Below the pieces are notes generated by a model. The model saw only the letters and a program-made list of their open reading frames with translations. It was not told the origin of the DNA and ran no database searches. The translations under genes and the position numbers were made by a program. Of a DNA stretch of 12,243 bases, positions 1 through 7,856 are shown one piece after another (the stretch's first letter is position 1; the number at the start of each line of letters is the position of its first letter). The stretch is from Candidatus Thorarchaeota archaeon (GTDB lineage Archaea; Asgardarchaeota; Thorarchaeia; Thorarchaeales; Thorarchaeaceae), in NCBI GenBank assembly GCA_048882325.1, contig JBHLRS010000060.1, forward strand, positions 3,790 to 16,032, written 5' to 3'.

Positions 1-1
1 A

Positions 2-661
2 GGTGAAGAGATACGCGATAAGATTCTCCCGAAAGAAGACCTACCTCCGTTGGGTATACCTGACACTGAGAAGATGAAGGTCACACAAGATATTCTTCAA
101 AAGATGGAGAAAGTTCTAGATCCTTCTGATTGTAAGAGCATCTTGGCTGATGTTGCACACGGATTGCCACGTGACTTTAGGAAAGGAGAACGAGAGAAGT
201 ACTTGAAGGCTGGGAGTGTTGATGCCTATCTTAAACAGAAACGAGAGGACGCAATAGCTGAACTGGAGAAGCACAGGGACGAAGGAACTCTGTTCTACAA
301 CCAATACATCTCTGATGAGGTTGTTGAGTTTGTGAAGAGTCGTCCTGATGTCTTGAGCGGTGAGAGAAGAGGGAATACTATCTATCACACTAAGATTCCA
401 TTTATGGTACAGGAGTATCTTGAAACGAAAGATGAGCGAATGAAACGGTACTATGCCTGTCACTGTGCATGGGCTCGCGAATCAATCCTATCTGATGATG
501 TTGACGTTTCAGTCAACTTCTGTCATTGCAGTGGTGGTTTCACCAAGATGCCATGGGAGGCTGCATTAGATCAGCCTCTGGAGTATGAGATGGTGAAATC
601 AGTACTCAAGGGCGATGATGAATGCAGCTTTGTCATTTACCTTCCTGAAGGTGTTGAATAG
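2..661 (+). CDS. DUF6144-like Cys-rich (V4R-like small-molecule/metal-binding) protein, probably 5'-truncated by the window edge
   Basis: The frame is open from position 2 (GEEIRDKILPKEDLPPL...), upstream of the TTG called at 50. C-terminal motifs YACHCAW, FCHCSGGF and SVLKGDDECSFVI resemble DUF6144/V4R-type proteins (recognised by eye). Confidence 0.7.
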   Translation, partial: GEEIRDKILPKEDLPPLGIPDTEKMKVTQDILQKMEKVLDPSDCKSILADVAHGLPRDFRKGEREKYLKAGSVDAYLKQKREDAIAELEKHRDEGTLFYNQYISDEVVEFVKSRPDVLSGERRGNTIYHTKIPFMVQEYLETKDERMKRYYACHCAWARESILSDDVDVSVNFCHCSGGFTKMPWEAALDQPLEYEMVKSVLKGDDECSFVIYLPEGVE

Positions 662-662
662 T

Positions 663-1199
663 ATGATGAGTATTGACGAAGTTATCAGAGGACGTAGAAG
701 TGTAAGAACCTACAAGAGCGATGAGGTGAATGAGGACTTGATCAGAGAGTGTATTGAGGCTGCTACCTATGCACCAAGTGCCAAGAATGGCCAACAATGG
801 AGGTTCACAGTGCTCACTGGCGAGTCTAAGGACACACTTACGGACTTGTACAGAGAAGAATTGGGTAAACTGACCTATGATGTTGGATCCTCATTTGGTT
901 CATGTACCATGATGGAGGAAGCGCCAGTGGTCATTGTTGTCTGGAATACCAACGAACGTGGCTGGACAACAGAAGTTCATAGTGTGGCAGCAGCCATCCA
1001 AAACCTGTTGCTGAAGGCTCACTCACTTGGTCTTGGAACCTGTTGGATTGGTGATATCTTCTATGCATATGAAGCGGTCATGGGACACTTCAAAAAGCCG
1101 TGGAAGCTGCTTGCTGCAATCACTCTTGGTTGGCCGGACGTGACTCCAGGACTAAAGCCTAGATTGTCTGTTGATGAGGTTGCAGAGTTCTTGACCTAG
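663..1199 (+). CDS. Nitroreductase family flavoprotein
   Basis: Motifs RRSVRTY, APSAKNGQQWRF and AAAIQNLLLKAHSLGLGTCWIG. Start moved to ATG 663 (or 666), just after the upstream stop, with GGTG at 650-653. Confidence 0.92.
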   Translation: MMSIDEVIRGRRSVRTYKSDEVNEDLIRECIEAATYAPSAKNGQQWRFTVLTGESKDTLTDLYREELGKLTYDVGSSFGSCTMMEEAPVVIVVWNTNERGWTTEVHSVAAAIQNLLLKAHSLGLGTCWIGDIFYAYEAVMGHFKKPWKLLAAITLGWPDVTPGLKPRLSVDEVAEFLT

Positions 1200-1575
1200 C
1201 CCTTAGCAGTACATACGACAATACTGCAATCTGCAAGAGTGATAGTAGAATTATTGAGAGACCTATCACAACTGCAAAGCCTCCAAAACTGATCAGGACA
1301 AACCAAGAAAAAGCAATCATAGCGAAGCAGTCAATAAAGAGAGTGTGCCATATTTTTCTCCATGATACTAAGAGGCCTATGGCCAATGCTAAATCCAATG
1401 TATCCAATATCATGGGAAGTTTAGCAATGAAAAAGAGCCCTTCTTCTGTGATGAATATGACTGGAAAAATGAATTCACCAAACCAGTAGATCCAGTAAAA
1501 GAGAGCACTAACGCGTAGAATAGAGAAAATGCCAAGCAATATGAGATGGTAACTGTTGACTGCGTCGGTTTCCAT
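1159..1575 (-). CDS. Hypothetical membrane protein (about 4 TM helices)
   Basis: 138-aa ORF with about four hydrophobic segments. It is convergent with the nitroreductase and overlaps it by 41 nt. Confidence 0.55.
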   Translation of the reverse strand: METDAVNSYHLILLGIFSILRVSALFYWIYWFGEFIFPVIFITEEGLFFIAKLPMILDTLDLALAIGLLVSWRKIWHTLFIDCFAMIAFSWFVLISFGGFAVVIGLSIILLSLLQIAVLSYVLLRARSRTLQPHQQTI

Positions 1576-1700
1576 TTCATCGTCCGTCCGTGTGAGGCGG
1601 GTTATTTGTTTTAGTTATTGAAAGACACGTTATTTGCATTATTATTGCAACAATCTTGGTTGAGCAGAATAAACTCCGGAAATGGGACTTGAATTGTCAG

Positions 1701-1709
1701 TTTATAAAG
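1701..1709 (+). promoter_or_regulatory. Putative archaeal TATA box for the DUF998-like gene
   Basis: TTTATAAAG in the intergenic region, about 80 nt upstream of ATG 1789. Confidence 0.4.
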
Positions 1710-1788
1710 TCACAGAAGCTCTAGTCTAGAAAATCGTTCAGTAACGTACAAATCTCACATTCTGCATTCTTTTAGTGGTGAAAGCGTC

Positions 1789-2352
1789 ATGCAGTGGTTT
1801 TTGGAGAACTATAGTATTATCGCGATAGTGTTTTTCTTGGTTATAGCAGTGATTTCTCATTTACTGACACCATCCACCTATAATTGGAAGGAGAACAGCA
1901 TCAGTGAACTGGCAGCACAAAAATATTCTAACCGTTGGATAATGCAGCTGGGACTCTTCGGCTTTGGTGTCATACTCGGGAGCGGCATTGTGATGAAGCT
2001 GGTGCTGTCCACTTCATTATGGTATCTAGAAGTACCCATCTTCGCCTACGCAGTTTCAATGTCCTTGTCAGGAGTGTTCTCTACAAAACCCTTCGTTGAA
2101 GATGATGACTATTCTCACCTCCATGATAAAGCTCACTCTCTATTCGCAAACCTGACTGGGATATCATTCTCTTTGGGTGTGGCTATGCGAATGATCTTCT
2201 CTGAATTCTTTGCTGACTTCATCTTGAACACGATGTTCCTAGTTATAGTGCTACTTCTTTCAACAGCATTTAGCAGAGCAACAGAAAACAGGGGAATCAT
2301 TCAGAGGGGAATATTCTTTCTTGGTTTTCTCTGGTTAGTAGTTGTCTATTAG
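1789..2352 (+). CDS. DUF998-like integral membrane protein
   Basis: YNWKENSISELAA and H-D-x-x-H motifs, about six TM helices, and a GGTG SD upstream of the ATG. Confidence 0.75.
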   Translation: MQWFLENYSIIAIVFFLVIAVISHLLTPSTYNWKENSISELAAQKYSNRWIMQLGLFGFGVILGSGIVMKLVLSTSLWYLEVPIFAYAVSMSLSGVFSTKPFVEDDDYSHLHDKAHSLFANLTGISFSLGVAMRMIFSEFFADFILNTMFLVIVLLLSTAFSRATENRGIIQRGIFFLGFLWLVVVY

Positions 2353-2383
2353 TAGGTTGACTCAATCAATTATAGAGTTGGTA

Positions 2384-3322
2384 CTAGGCCCAGTAAGGTT
2401 TCCTGATGTATTTGTATGCGTTATGCGCAGCGAGAGCACCCTGAGCTGCAGCAACAGAGGCCAATTGGTATACCGATATAATATCTCCAGCGGCAAAGAC
2501 TCCCTCGATATTGGTCCGCATTTCAGCATCCACAACAATGAACCGTCCATTCATTTTGAGACCCAAGTGGTTGAAAACCTCATTATTCGGAACTAATCCC
2601 ACTGCAATGATGATACGATCAACTTCCAAATCCCATGTCTTTTTTGTCTGATTATTTAGAAGAGTGACTTCTTCAACCTCAGAATTCCCTCTTATTTCTA
2701 GAAGCTCTGTATTATAGAGAATTTCAGCCATCTTTTCATTAACAATTGTATCAACCCTTGTTTCTGCAGCCCTAAATTCATCCTTTCTGTGAGCAATCCA
2801 GATGTCGTGAGTGACATTGTACGCATCAATCACTGCATCAACAGCAGTGTCGCCACCGCCCACTACGAGAACCTTCTTGTCACGGAATATTTCTGGATCG
2901 ACCACATAGGGAAAGACACCACGATTTTTCCTTGAAAATTCTACTTCACCGGGTATTCCAAGTGTATTGGGACGCATTCCAGTCGCGATAATAACAACTT
3001 GAGCCTTATACTCGTCTTCAGGAGTTATGACACCCTTTTCACTGGTTATTTCTGTGACTCGCTCCTTGATCAATCGAACTCCAAGGTCCGCAGCCTGACG
3101 AACCCACTCAGCGACCAGATGAGATGCCATTATTTTCGGGGTGCCTGGATAATTGAATACATGCTTGTATGGATATATCGTTGAGAGAAGGCCTCCCCAT
3201 GTTCCACCTTCAAATACAGCAGTCCTGAGACCTTTGTATGCAGATATTATCCCTGCAGATAGTCCTGCAGGTCCTCCGCCAATGATTGCAACATCAAATT
3301 GGTTACTTTTACTGGCTGTCAT
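2384..3322 (-). CDS. TrxR-fold NAD(P)/FAD-dependent oxidoreductase, probably a ferredoxin--NADP(+) reductase (YumC type)
   Basis: FAD motif IIGGGPAGL, ATG motif, NADPH motif VVGGGDTA, HRKDEFRA and TNIEGVFAAGD. The catalytic CxxC is absent (GVFPYVVD in its place). GGLLSTIYPYKHVFNYPG resembles the YumC GGQLxxLYPEKxIYD motif. Confidence 0.85.
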   Translation of the reverse strand: MTASKSNQFDVAIIGGGPAGLSAGIISAYKGLRTAVFEGGTWGGLLSTIYPYKHVFNYPGTPKIMASHLVAEWVRQAADLGVRLIKERVTEITSEKGVITPEDEYKAQVVIIATGMRPNTLGIPGEVEFSRKNRGVFPYVVDPEIFRDKKVLVVGGGDTAVDAVIDAYNVTHDIWIAHRKDEFRAAETRVDTIVNEKMAEILYNTELLEIRGNSEVEEVTLLNNQTKKTWDLEVDRIIIAVGLVPNNEVFNHLGLKMNGRFIVVDAEMRTNIEGVFAAGDIISVYQLASVAAAQGALAAHNAYKYIRKPYWA

Positions 3323-3350
3323 TCTAACCTCACTACTCCTGTTTTATCAA

Positions 3351-3390
3351 ATCGTCAACAGATAAAATGATGTTAACGATGGTTAATAAA
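3351..3390 (-). promoter_or_regulatory. TATA box plus inverted repeat (candidate operator) upstream of the FNR-like gene
   Basis: ATCGTCAACA-N10-TGTTAACGAT (3351-3380, 1 mismatch) lies directly downstream of minus-strand TTTATTAA (3390-3383). Confidence 0.4.
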
Positions 3391-3440
3391 CAGTGGGATA
3401 AGTCAAATTTTTCATCCATAAGTCTTGTTCTACATGTTAT

Positions 3441-3650
3441 TCAAAGAGGAACTAGGCAACAGATGAATCTCATGAAGACTCCTGTAAATATCGAAAGTTC
3501 AGTAGAAATATCTCCAGTCAAAATGTATAGTGAATTCCAGTCATGGAAGTAAAGGAAAAGGATGCATAGAACTGTCCCAAGTAGAATTGCAGTGAGGAAT
3601 GATAACTTCTGATTTTCTGAAATCCACTTACTCAGCCTTTTTAGAAACAT
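3441..3650 (-). CDS. Small hypothetical membrane protein
   Basis: 69-aa ORF with a basic N-terminus and two hydrophobic segments. It is co-oriented between the KamA-family and FNR-like genes. Confidence 0.4.
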   Translation of the reverse strand: MFLKRLSKWISENQKLSFLTAILLGTVLCILFLYFHDWNSLYILTGDISTELSIFTGVFMRFICCLVPL

Positions 3651-3681
3651 AAGAGCAAGTTCCTGATTCGTTGATATCTTC

Positions 3682-4785
3682 CTAATGTTCTTCTAGATCA
3701 TCCAACCAGGTGGAGGTCCTGTCAACAGGTCTGGAAAAGATTGTTCCAACATTTTCAGAATTCTTCGCCTGATGGTATTTGAAGAAGAACTTCTCATCAT
3801 TCATACCAAGAATCTCAACCTTCCCGGTTGGGTGTGACATGATGAACCGAAATCTCTTGGTGTGCCCATCAAGTTTCTTTCTGGTTTCCTGGATTATTCT
3901 ACATCCATCATATAGTGGAACCTGGAAATGTTTCTTGACGCGTTTGACTGGTCTGCATTGAAACACATAGTAGGGAATGATACCAATTCGAACTAGGTTT
4001 CTCTGTAGTTGAGTCATGATGCTTGAATCATCATTTACCCCTCTTAGAAGAACAGTCTGATTACTGATGGTAATTCCTATATCTTGGAGTCTGTTACAAG
4101 CTTTGGTGGACTCTTCAGTAATCTCTCGTGGATGGTTGAACTGTGTGACCACATATAGACGTGTTTTGTTGGTGTAGGACTCGAGCATTTCCACAAATCT
4201 GTGGTCTGATAAGATTCTCTTTGGAAATGTGACTGGTACTCTGGTTCCAAATCTAATGAAATCGAGGTGATCTATCTCTGTTAGTGCGGTCAAAAACTCC
4301 TCTATCCGATCATTAGACAAGACAAATGGGTCTCCTCCAGTAATGAGGACATTGTTGATTTCTCTGTGACCTTGAATATAGTCTTTTACAGGTTGAATAT
4401 CCTGAACGACCTCGTTGTTGTCAACACCAACTAATCGCTTTCTGAAACAATGTCTACAGTACATTGCACACTCATTTGTAGACAATATCACAGCTGTTTG
4501 CTCATATTTGTGTTGAAGACCCGGAAGTACGGTATTATACTTCTCACCACTTGTATCGTAACTACCTTCTAGATAACTCTCATGGGATAGAGGTATTGAT
4601 AGTCTTCTAATAGGGTCCTCTTCATCACTCGCGTCGATCAAAGAGAGATAATATTTGGAAATTCTAAGTGGGTGATCTTGACAGATTTCTTCCAAGATTG
4701 CTTTGTCTTTTTCATTTACAACCAAATATTCTGCTAAATCATCAACTGTCGATATGCTATCTTCCAGAACTGCTTCCCAACTCAT
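3682..4785 (-). CDS. kamA: KamA-family radical SAM protein (lysine/glutamate 2,3-aminomutase-like)
   Basis: Motifs PGLQHKY, CAMYCRHCFRKR (CxxxCxxC), ITGGDP, RFGTRVP, NQTVLLRGVND, PYYVFQC, and a candidate PLP lysine in HPTGK. The substrate cannot be assigned. Confidence 0.9.
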   Translation of the reverse strand: MSWEAVLEDSISTVDDLAEYLVVNEKDKAILEEICQDHPLRISKYYLSLIDASDEEDPIRRLSIPLSHESYLEGSYDTSGEKYNTVLPGLQHKYEQTAVILSTNECAMYCRHCFRKRLVGVDNNEVVQDIQPVKDYIQGHREINNVLITGGDPFVLSNDRIEEFLTALTEIDHLDFIRFGTRVPVTFPKRILSDHRFVEMLESYTNKTRLYVVTQFNHPREITEESTKACNRLQDIGITISNQTVLLRGVNDDSSIMTQLQRNLVRIGIIPYYVFQCRPVKRVKKHFQVPLYDGCRIIQETRKKLDGHTKRFRFIMSHPTGKVEILGMNDEKFFFKYHQAKNSENVGTIFSRPVDRTSTWLDDLEEH

Positions 4786-4808
4786 AATATCGCAACATTT
4801 AGTTGAAT

Positions 4809-4961
4809 CTAGCTTACAGTTTCGATAGATTCTTTCTCTTTGGTTAGTTTCTGGTGTGATTTTGGTTGTGGATCACTTGTCATTCGTGAGATTATTGCTA
4901 TTTTTCTGTCTAGTTCGGGCCACTCAGCAATTGGTAGCCTCTCTCTGAATTCCTCTTTCAT
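4809..4961 (-). CDS. Unannotated 50-aa protein immediately upstream of the KamA-family gene
   Basis: Manual translation MKEEFRERLPIAEWPELDRKIAIISRMTSDPQPKSHQKLTKEKESIETVS*. SD context is AGGTGAAAACA-ATG, and the ORF ends 23 nt before the kamA ATG. Confidence 0.6.
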   Translation of the reverse strand: MKEEFRERLPIAEWPELDRKIAIISRMTSDPQPKSHQKLTKEKESIETVS

Positions 4962-4978
4962 TGTTTTCACCTGTAAAT

Positions 4979-5092
4979 ACAAATCCAGTAATATACTCTT
5001 GATAAGCAGGACTTTGTGACTGGATTCGTCATCGAATTTTTCTGGTTGTTGACACGCTCACGAGTGTGAGTAATAAGCCACCCTCAAGCGTG
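4979..5092 (-). promoter_or_regulatory. Structured 5' leader (two hairpins) of the small-ORF/kamA unit
   Basis: Minus-strand stems CACGCTT-GAGGGTG/CACACTC-GT-GAGCGTG (5092-5053) and ACGAATCCAGT/ACTGGATTTGT (5029-4979). A TTTATAAG box lies at 5169-5162. Confidence 0.4.
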
Positions 5093-5234
5093 CTGTTCGC
5101 TATGTCCTTCTTTCTAGCAATTGAGCTTGATTTTTCACTTATTAGTATTGCGTTATTTTGTCTTATAAACGGAAAAATAAGCATAATAGTTTCTTTTTTA
5201 GGGATTAGGGATTTATTAGACCCTTTTAAGTCCT

Positions 5235-5492
5235 TCATTTTTCCTTAAATGCTACCCAACGAACACCTTCATCGTCAGTCATAATTACCATTCGAAGGTT
5301 CAACTCTTTTGCATAGTTTCTAAGACTGTGATGAGAAACACCCATGAATTTCACTACATCGTCGAGATTAAGTGGATCTCCGGATTCTCTGTATTTCTCG
5401 AGAATCTTTTTGAATCGTGGGAAGTTTCTTGTTCTACCCCTACGATATCTTAAATTTCCCTCTGATTTTGTTCTTATGTCATCTAATTCCAT
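5235..5492 (-). CDS. Small basic protein, probably (winged) helix-turn-helix DNA-binding
   Basis: LNLDDVVKFMGVSHHSLRNYAKEL is HTH-like and is followed by a beta-hairpin-like segment. A TTATAAG box lies about 25-30 nt upstream, consistent with a leaderless mRNA. Confidence 0.6.
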   Translation of the reverse strand: MELDDIRTKSEGNLRYRRGRTRNFPRFKKILEKYRESGDPLNLDDVVKFMGVSHHSLRNYAKELNLRMVIMTDDEGVRWVAFKEK

Positions 5493-5622
5493 AACAATAT
5501 ATTCATATTAAATGCTTATAAGAATTCTTGTGTATATTTATTTATTTTTTATCTCTTATTTACCTCTTTCATAACCTTTATTATATTTATTACTAATATG
5601 TAATGAAAGGAATAGATTAGTA

Positions 5623-6285
5623 ATGAAATCAAAAGACGAACAGATTAAGAAAGCCGTTGTTGATACGTTGTACTGGGACAGTCGTGTTGATGCCTCAGAC
5701 ATTGATGTCGAAGTGACTGACGGAGAAGTCACATTGAGAGGAACTGTTCCAAGTTATGCAGTGAAAGAAGCCGCACTCTTTGACGCTTGGAAGATACCTG
5801 GAGTAAAGAAGGTTAACAACAACTCCTTTGTCAGATTCCCAACTACTGCAAAGACCCTGAGTGATTCAGATATTGAAACGAGTATCACAAAACAGCTAGG
5901 GTGGAATGATAGTACAAGAAATGAGAACATCCATGTCAAGGTGAAGAAAGGAGAAGTGATTCTAGAGGGACATGTTGATGCATATTGGAAATTGTTCAGA
6001 GCACAACAGATTGCATCTGACGTGATGGGTGTTGTTGATATTGAGAACAAGTTGACGGTTGTTCCTACAGAAACAGTAGCTGACCAAGTTATTGCTACAA
6101 GTATCATGAATGCAATCGATCGTAGTTATGCAGTGAACTCTGATGATGTAGATGTGAAGACGAAAGATGGTATCGTCACACTTTCTGGGAAACTCTCAAC
6201 TCGTGCTGCATGTGAGGCCGCTCTAGAGTGTGCGTATAATACCTATGGGGTAAAGGATGTTAAAGATCGATTACATATCGAATAA
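5623..6285 (+). CDS. BON-domain protein (three BON repeats, OsmY-like, no signal peptide)
   Basis: Three repeats of D-x-x-I...I-x-V-x-V-x-x-G-x-V-x-L-x-G...A-x-x-x-x-GV-x-x-V/I: GEVTLRGTV/IPGVKKV, GEVILEGHV/VMGVVDI and GIVTLSGKL/TYGVKDV. Confidence 0.92.
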   Translation: MKSKDEQIKKAVVDTLYWDSRVDASDIDVEVTDGEVTLRGTVPSYAVKEAALFDAWKIPGVKKVNNNSFVRFPTTAKTLSDSDIETSITKQLGWNDSTRNENIHVKVKKGEVILEGHVDAYWKLFRAQQIASDVMGVVDIENKLTVVPTETVADQVIATSIMNAIDRSYAVNSDDVDVKTKDGIVTLSGKLSTRAACEAALECAYNTYGVKDVKDRLHIE

Positions 6286-6293
6286 TCGCAACT

Positions 6294-6314
6294 GAAGCAG
6301 ATTCTTTCTGCTTC
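6294..6314 (+). terminator. Hairpin downstream of the BON gene (possible terminator)
   Basis: GAAGCAGA-TTCTT-TCTGCTTC forms a perfect 8-bp stem 9 nt after the stop. T-rich sequence follows. Confidence 0.4.
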
Positions 6315-6351
6315 CTATGATATTTTATTCGAAATCAGAAGAGGCGAGATA

Positions 6352-6489
6352 ATGAGTACACGTTCTTACGATTACTGTATGTGTGGTCATATTCGCAAGT
6401 GCCATGATAATTTTGATGGCAAATGTGAGAGATGTGGATGTGATGTGTTTTACAGGAGCATGCGTGTGAAGAATCGACTTGGTAAGTGA
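6352..6489 (+). CDS. 45-aa Cys/His-rich putative zinc-binding microprotein (copy 1)
   Basis: MSTRSYDYCMCGHIRKCHDNFDGKCERCGCDVFYRSMRVKNRLGK*, with a GAGGCG SD-like motif. It is 32/45 identical to copy 2. Confidence 0.85.
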   Translation: MSTRSYDYCMCGHIRKCHDNFDGKCERCGCDVFYRSMRVKNRLGK

Positions 6490-6574
6490 TTCATAGATCT
6501 GATATTACGTTTGCAAGAAACAGGTGTTTGAGGTGCAAAACAAGAAACAGATACGGGATTGTAGATTCTCTCAA

Positions 6575-7456
6575 TCAGAATGACTCATGATACGACTTGA
6601 AGAAATCATCTGGACCTAGTCGTATTGTTTCAATCAAGGTTTCATGTCCCAGGTTTTTATCAATAACCTCAGCCATATGAGCACCTGTAACATACCAGAG
6701 TCTATCTCTGTCACTCATTCTATCAAGTATTTTCCAATCATCCTCTTGTAGAGGACTATCAGCACGGGTTTCTAATTCTGTAAGGATATCGAAATACATT
6801 GAAACTCGTCTTTTTCTTGCTCGATTGTCCATGACCAGCTTGTAATCCCTGTTATTAAGCGCCTTAGCGGATTTTCTTTGCTTCAATGAAGAGTAGACTG
6901 CAAGACCTTCCATGTGGGTGCAATACTTGATTACATCACATAATTGACTGGTCCGATTGAGTTGAGAGAGATCAAACATTGGGTTGTATGCAGTATAGAC
7001 TACATGGTGAAGTTCGTGCATTGACATGAAAAGAATTTCTTGTGGATTCTTGTGAAAATCATTATGTCCCAGATTTATCAGAGCATCACCTTCAGACACT
7101 ATTCCTATATCGTATCCAAGGATGACATACAGGACACTTCTTAGGTTGGTGCCTTCAGGGAAATGACTCCACAGTTCTTTGAGAGACTTGTTGAAAGTTT
7201 TCGTTTCATTGTGAATGAATGTCAAGCTGGCCTTCACATGGTCTATCAGATTTGTATCCTTAGATAGTTGCTTCAGAATATGTTTCCAGAATAGGCTGAT
7301 GTTTTTACTTGTTTTTCGAGTTCTTAGTGCGTGAGCATGTGTCTTTATCGCAGCTTCATGATTAGTTATCTCAATCAAAGTGTCCTTGTTTGGATGAGAG
7401 AGATATTGTAATATTGGCACAACAAATGATGTATCGATTCTTACTGACAATGACAT
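6575..7456 (-). CDS. Putative Zn-dependent metalloprotease (gluzincin HExxH...E; DUF5700-like)
   Basis: HELHH motif, a downstream EGLA third-ligand motif and a WYVTGAHMA segment. Confidence 0.75.
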   Translation of the reverse strand: MSLSVRIDTSFVVPILQYLSHPNKDTLIEITNHEAAIKTHAHALRTRKTSKNISLFWKHILKQLSKDTNLIDHVKASLTFIHNETKTFNKSLKELWSHFPEGTNLRSVLYVILGYDIGIVSEGDALINLGHNDFHKNPQEILFMSMHELHHVVYTAYNPMFDLSQLNRTSQLCDVIKYCTHMEGLAVYSSLKQRKSAKALNNRDYKLVMDNRARKRRVSMYFDILTELETRADSPLQEDDWKILDRMSDRDRLWYVTGAHMAEVIDKNLGHETLIETIRLGPDDFFKSYHESF

Positions 7457-7856
7457 GAGTTAATCACTCGTTTTCAAAAAAGATAATGAGTATCCACCGA
7501 GTTGAGTCTGTAGTCATCATTAACTAGTACTTTGAAAGGTACTTTATGAGTTGAGGACCAATCTATAATTATCTTCTGATTTGCCTTAAAATCAAGAGTA
7601 CTTATGTTGAGTAGGATGGATTTGGACTGGTGAAAATGACCCCGAAAAGACTTGCAAGTCCGATGAATCCCCAGGTTTATTAAGCTAGGCGAAAATCTCA
7701 ACCTGTTGAAAGTAAAAAGGAAGAAAAAGTTCCACACTGAATGTATTACAACCAGAACTCTTTGATCTGGTCTATCGATTACCTGTCTTTCCAAGTGCGC
7801 ATTCAAAAATGGCAATGTGCTGTTCCTTTTCTTCGTAAGCTAGCAGAGGTGAAAAT

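Noticed and set aside
615-662. Extended N-terminus of the nitroreductase from ATG 615
   Set aside because: It overlaps the upstream gene. The family N-terminus and the SD fit ATG 663/666.
1675-1695. ctccggaaatgggacttgaat, vaguely like a reverse-complemented tRNA T-arm
   Set aside because: No T-stem pairing and no match to the tRNA-Tyr, so it is compatible with chance.
4975-5035. SECIS-like (AUGA...AAA) or SAM-I-like (CTTATCAAGAG) reading of the kamA leader hairpin
   Set aside because: There is no GA on the 3' side to complete a SECIS core and no in-frame UGA gene nearby. The SAM-I elements that should follow (GAGGGA, GCAACC) are absent.
116-6107. Antisense or overlapping ORFs 116-463, 2342-2596, 2362-2550, 2999-3184, 3153-3365, 3367-3552, 3779-3961, 5029-5238, 5066-5248, 5754-6107
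   Set aside because: They overlap better-supported genes or promoter/leader regions and show no recognisable motifs or SD.
7655-7720. Hammerhead-like CCGATGA...GAAA
   Set aside because: The core deviates from CUGANGA and stems I and III cannot be formed.
7474-7815. 113-aa minus-strand ORF
   Set aside because: TTG start, no SD, atypical composition and no motif. More likely intergenic or decayed DNA, although coding is not excluded.
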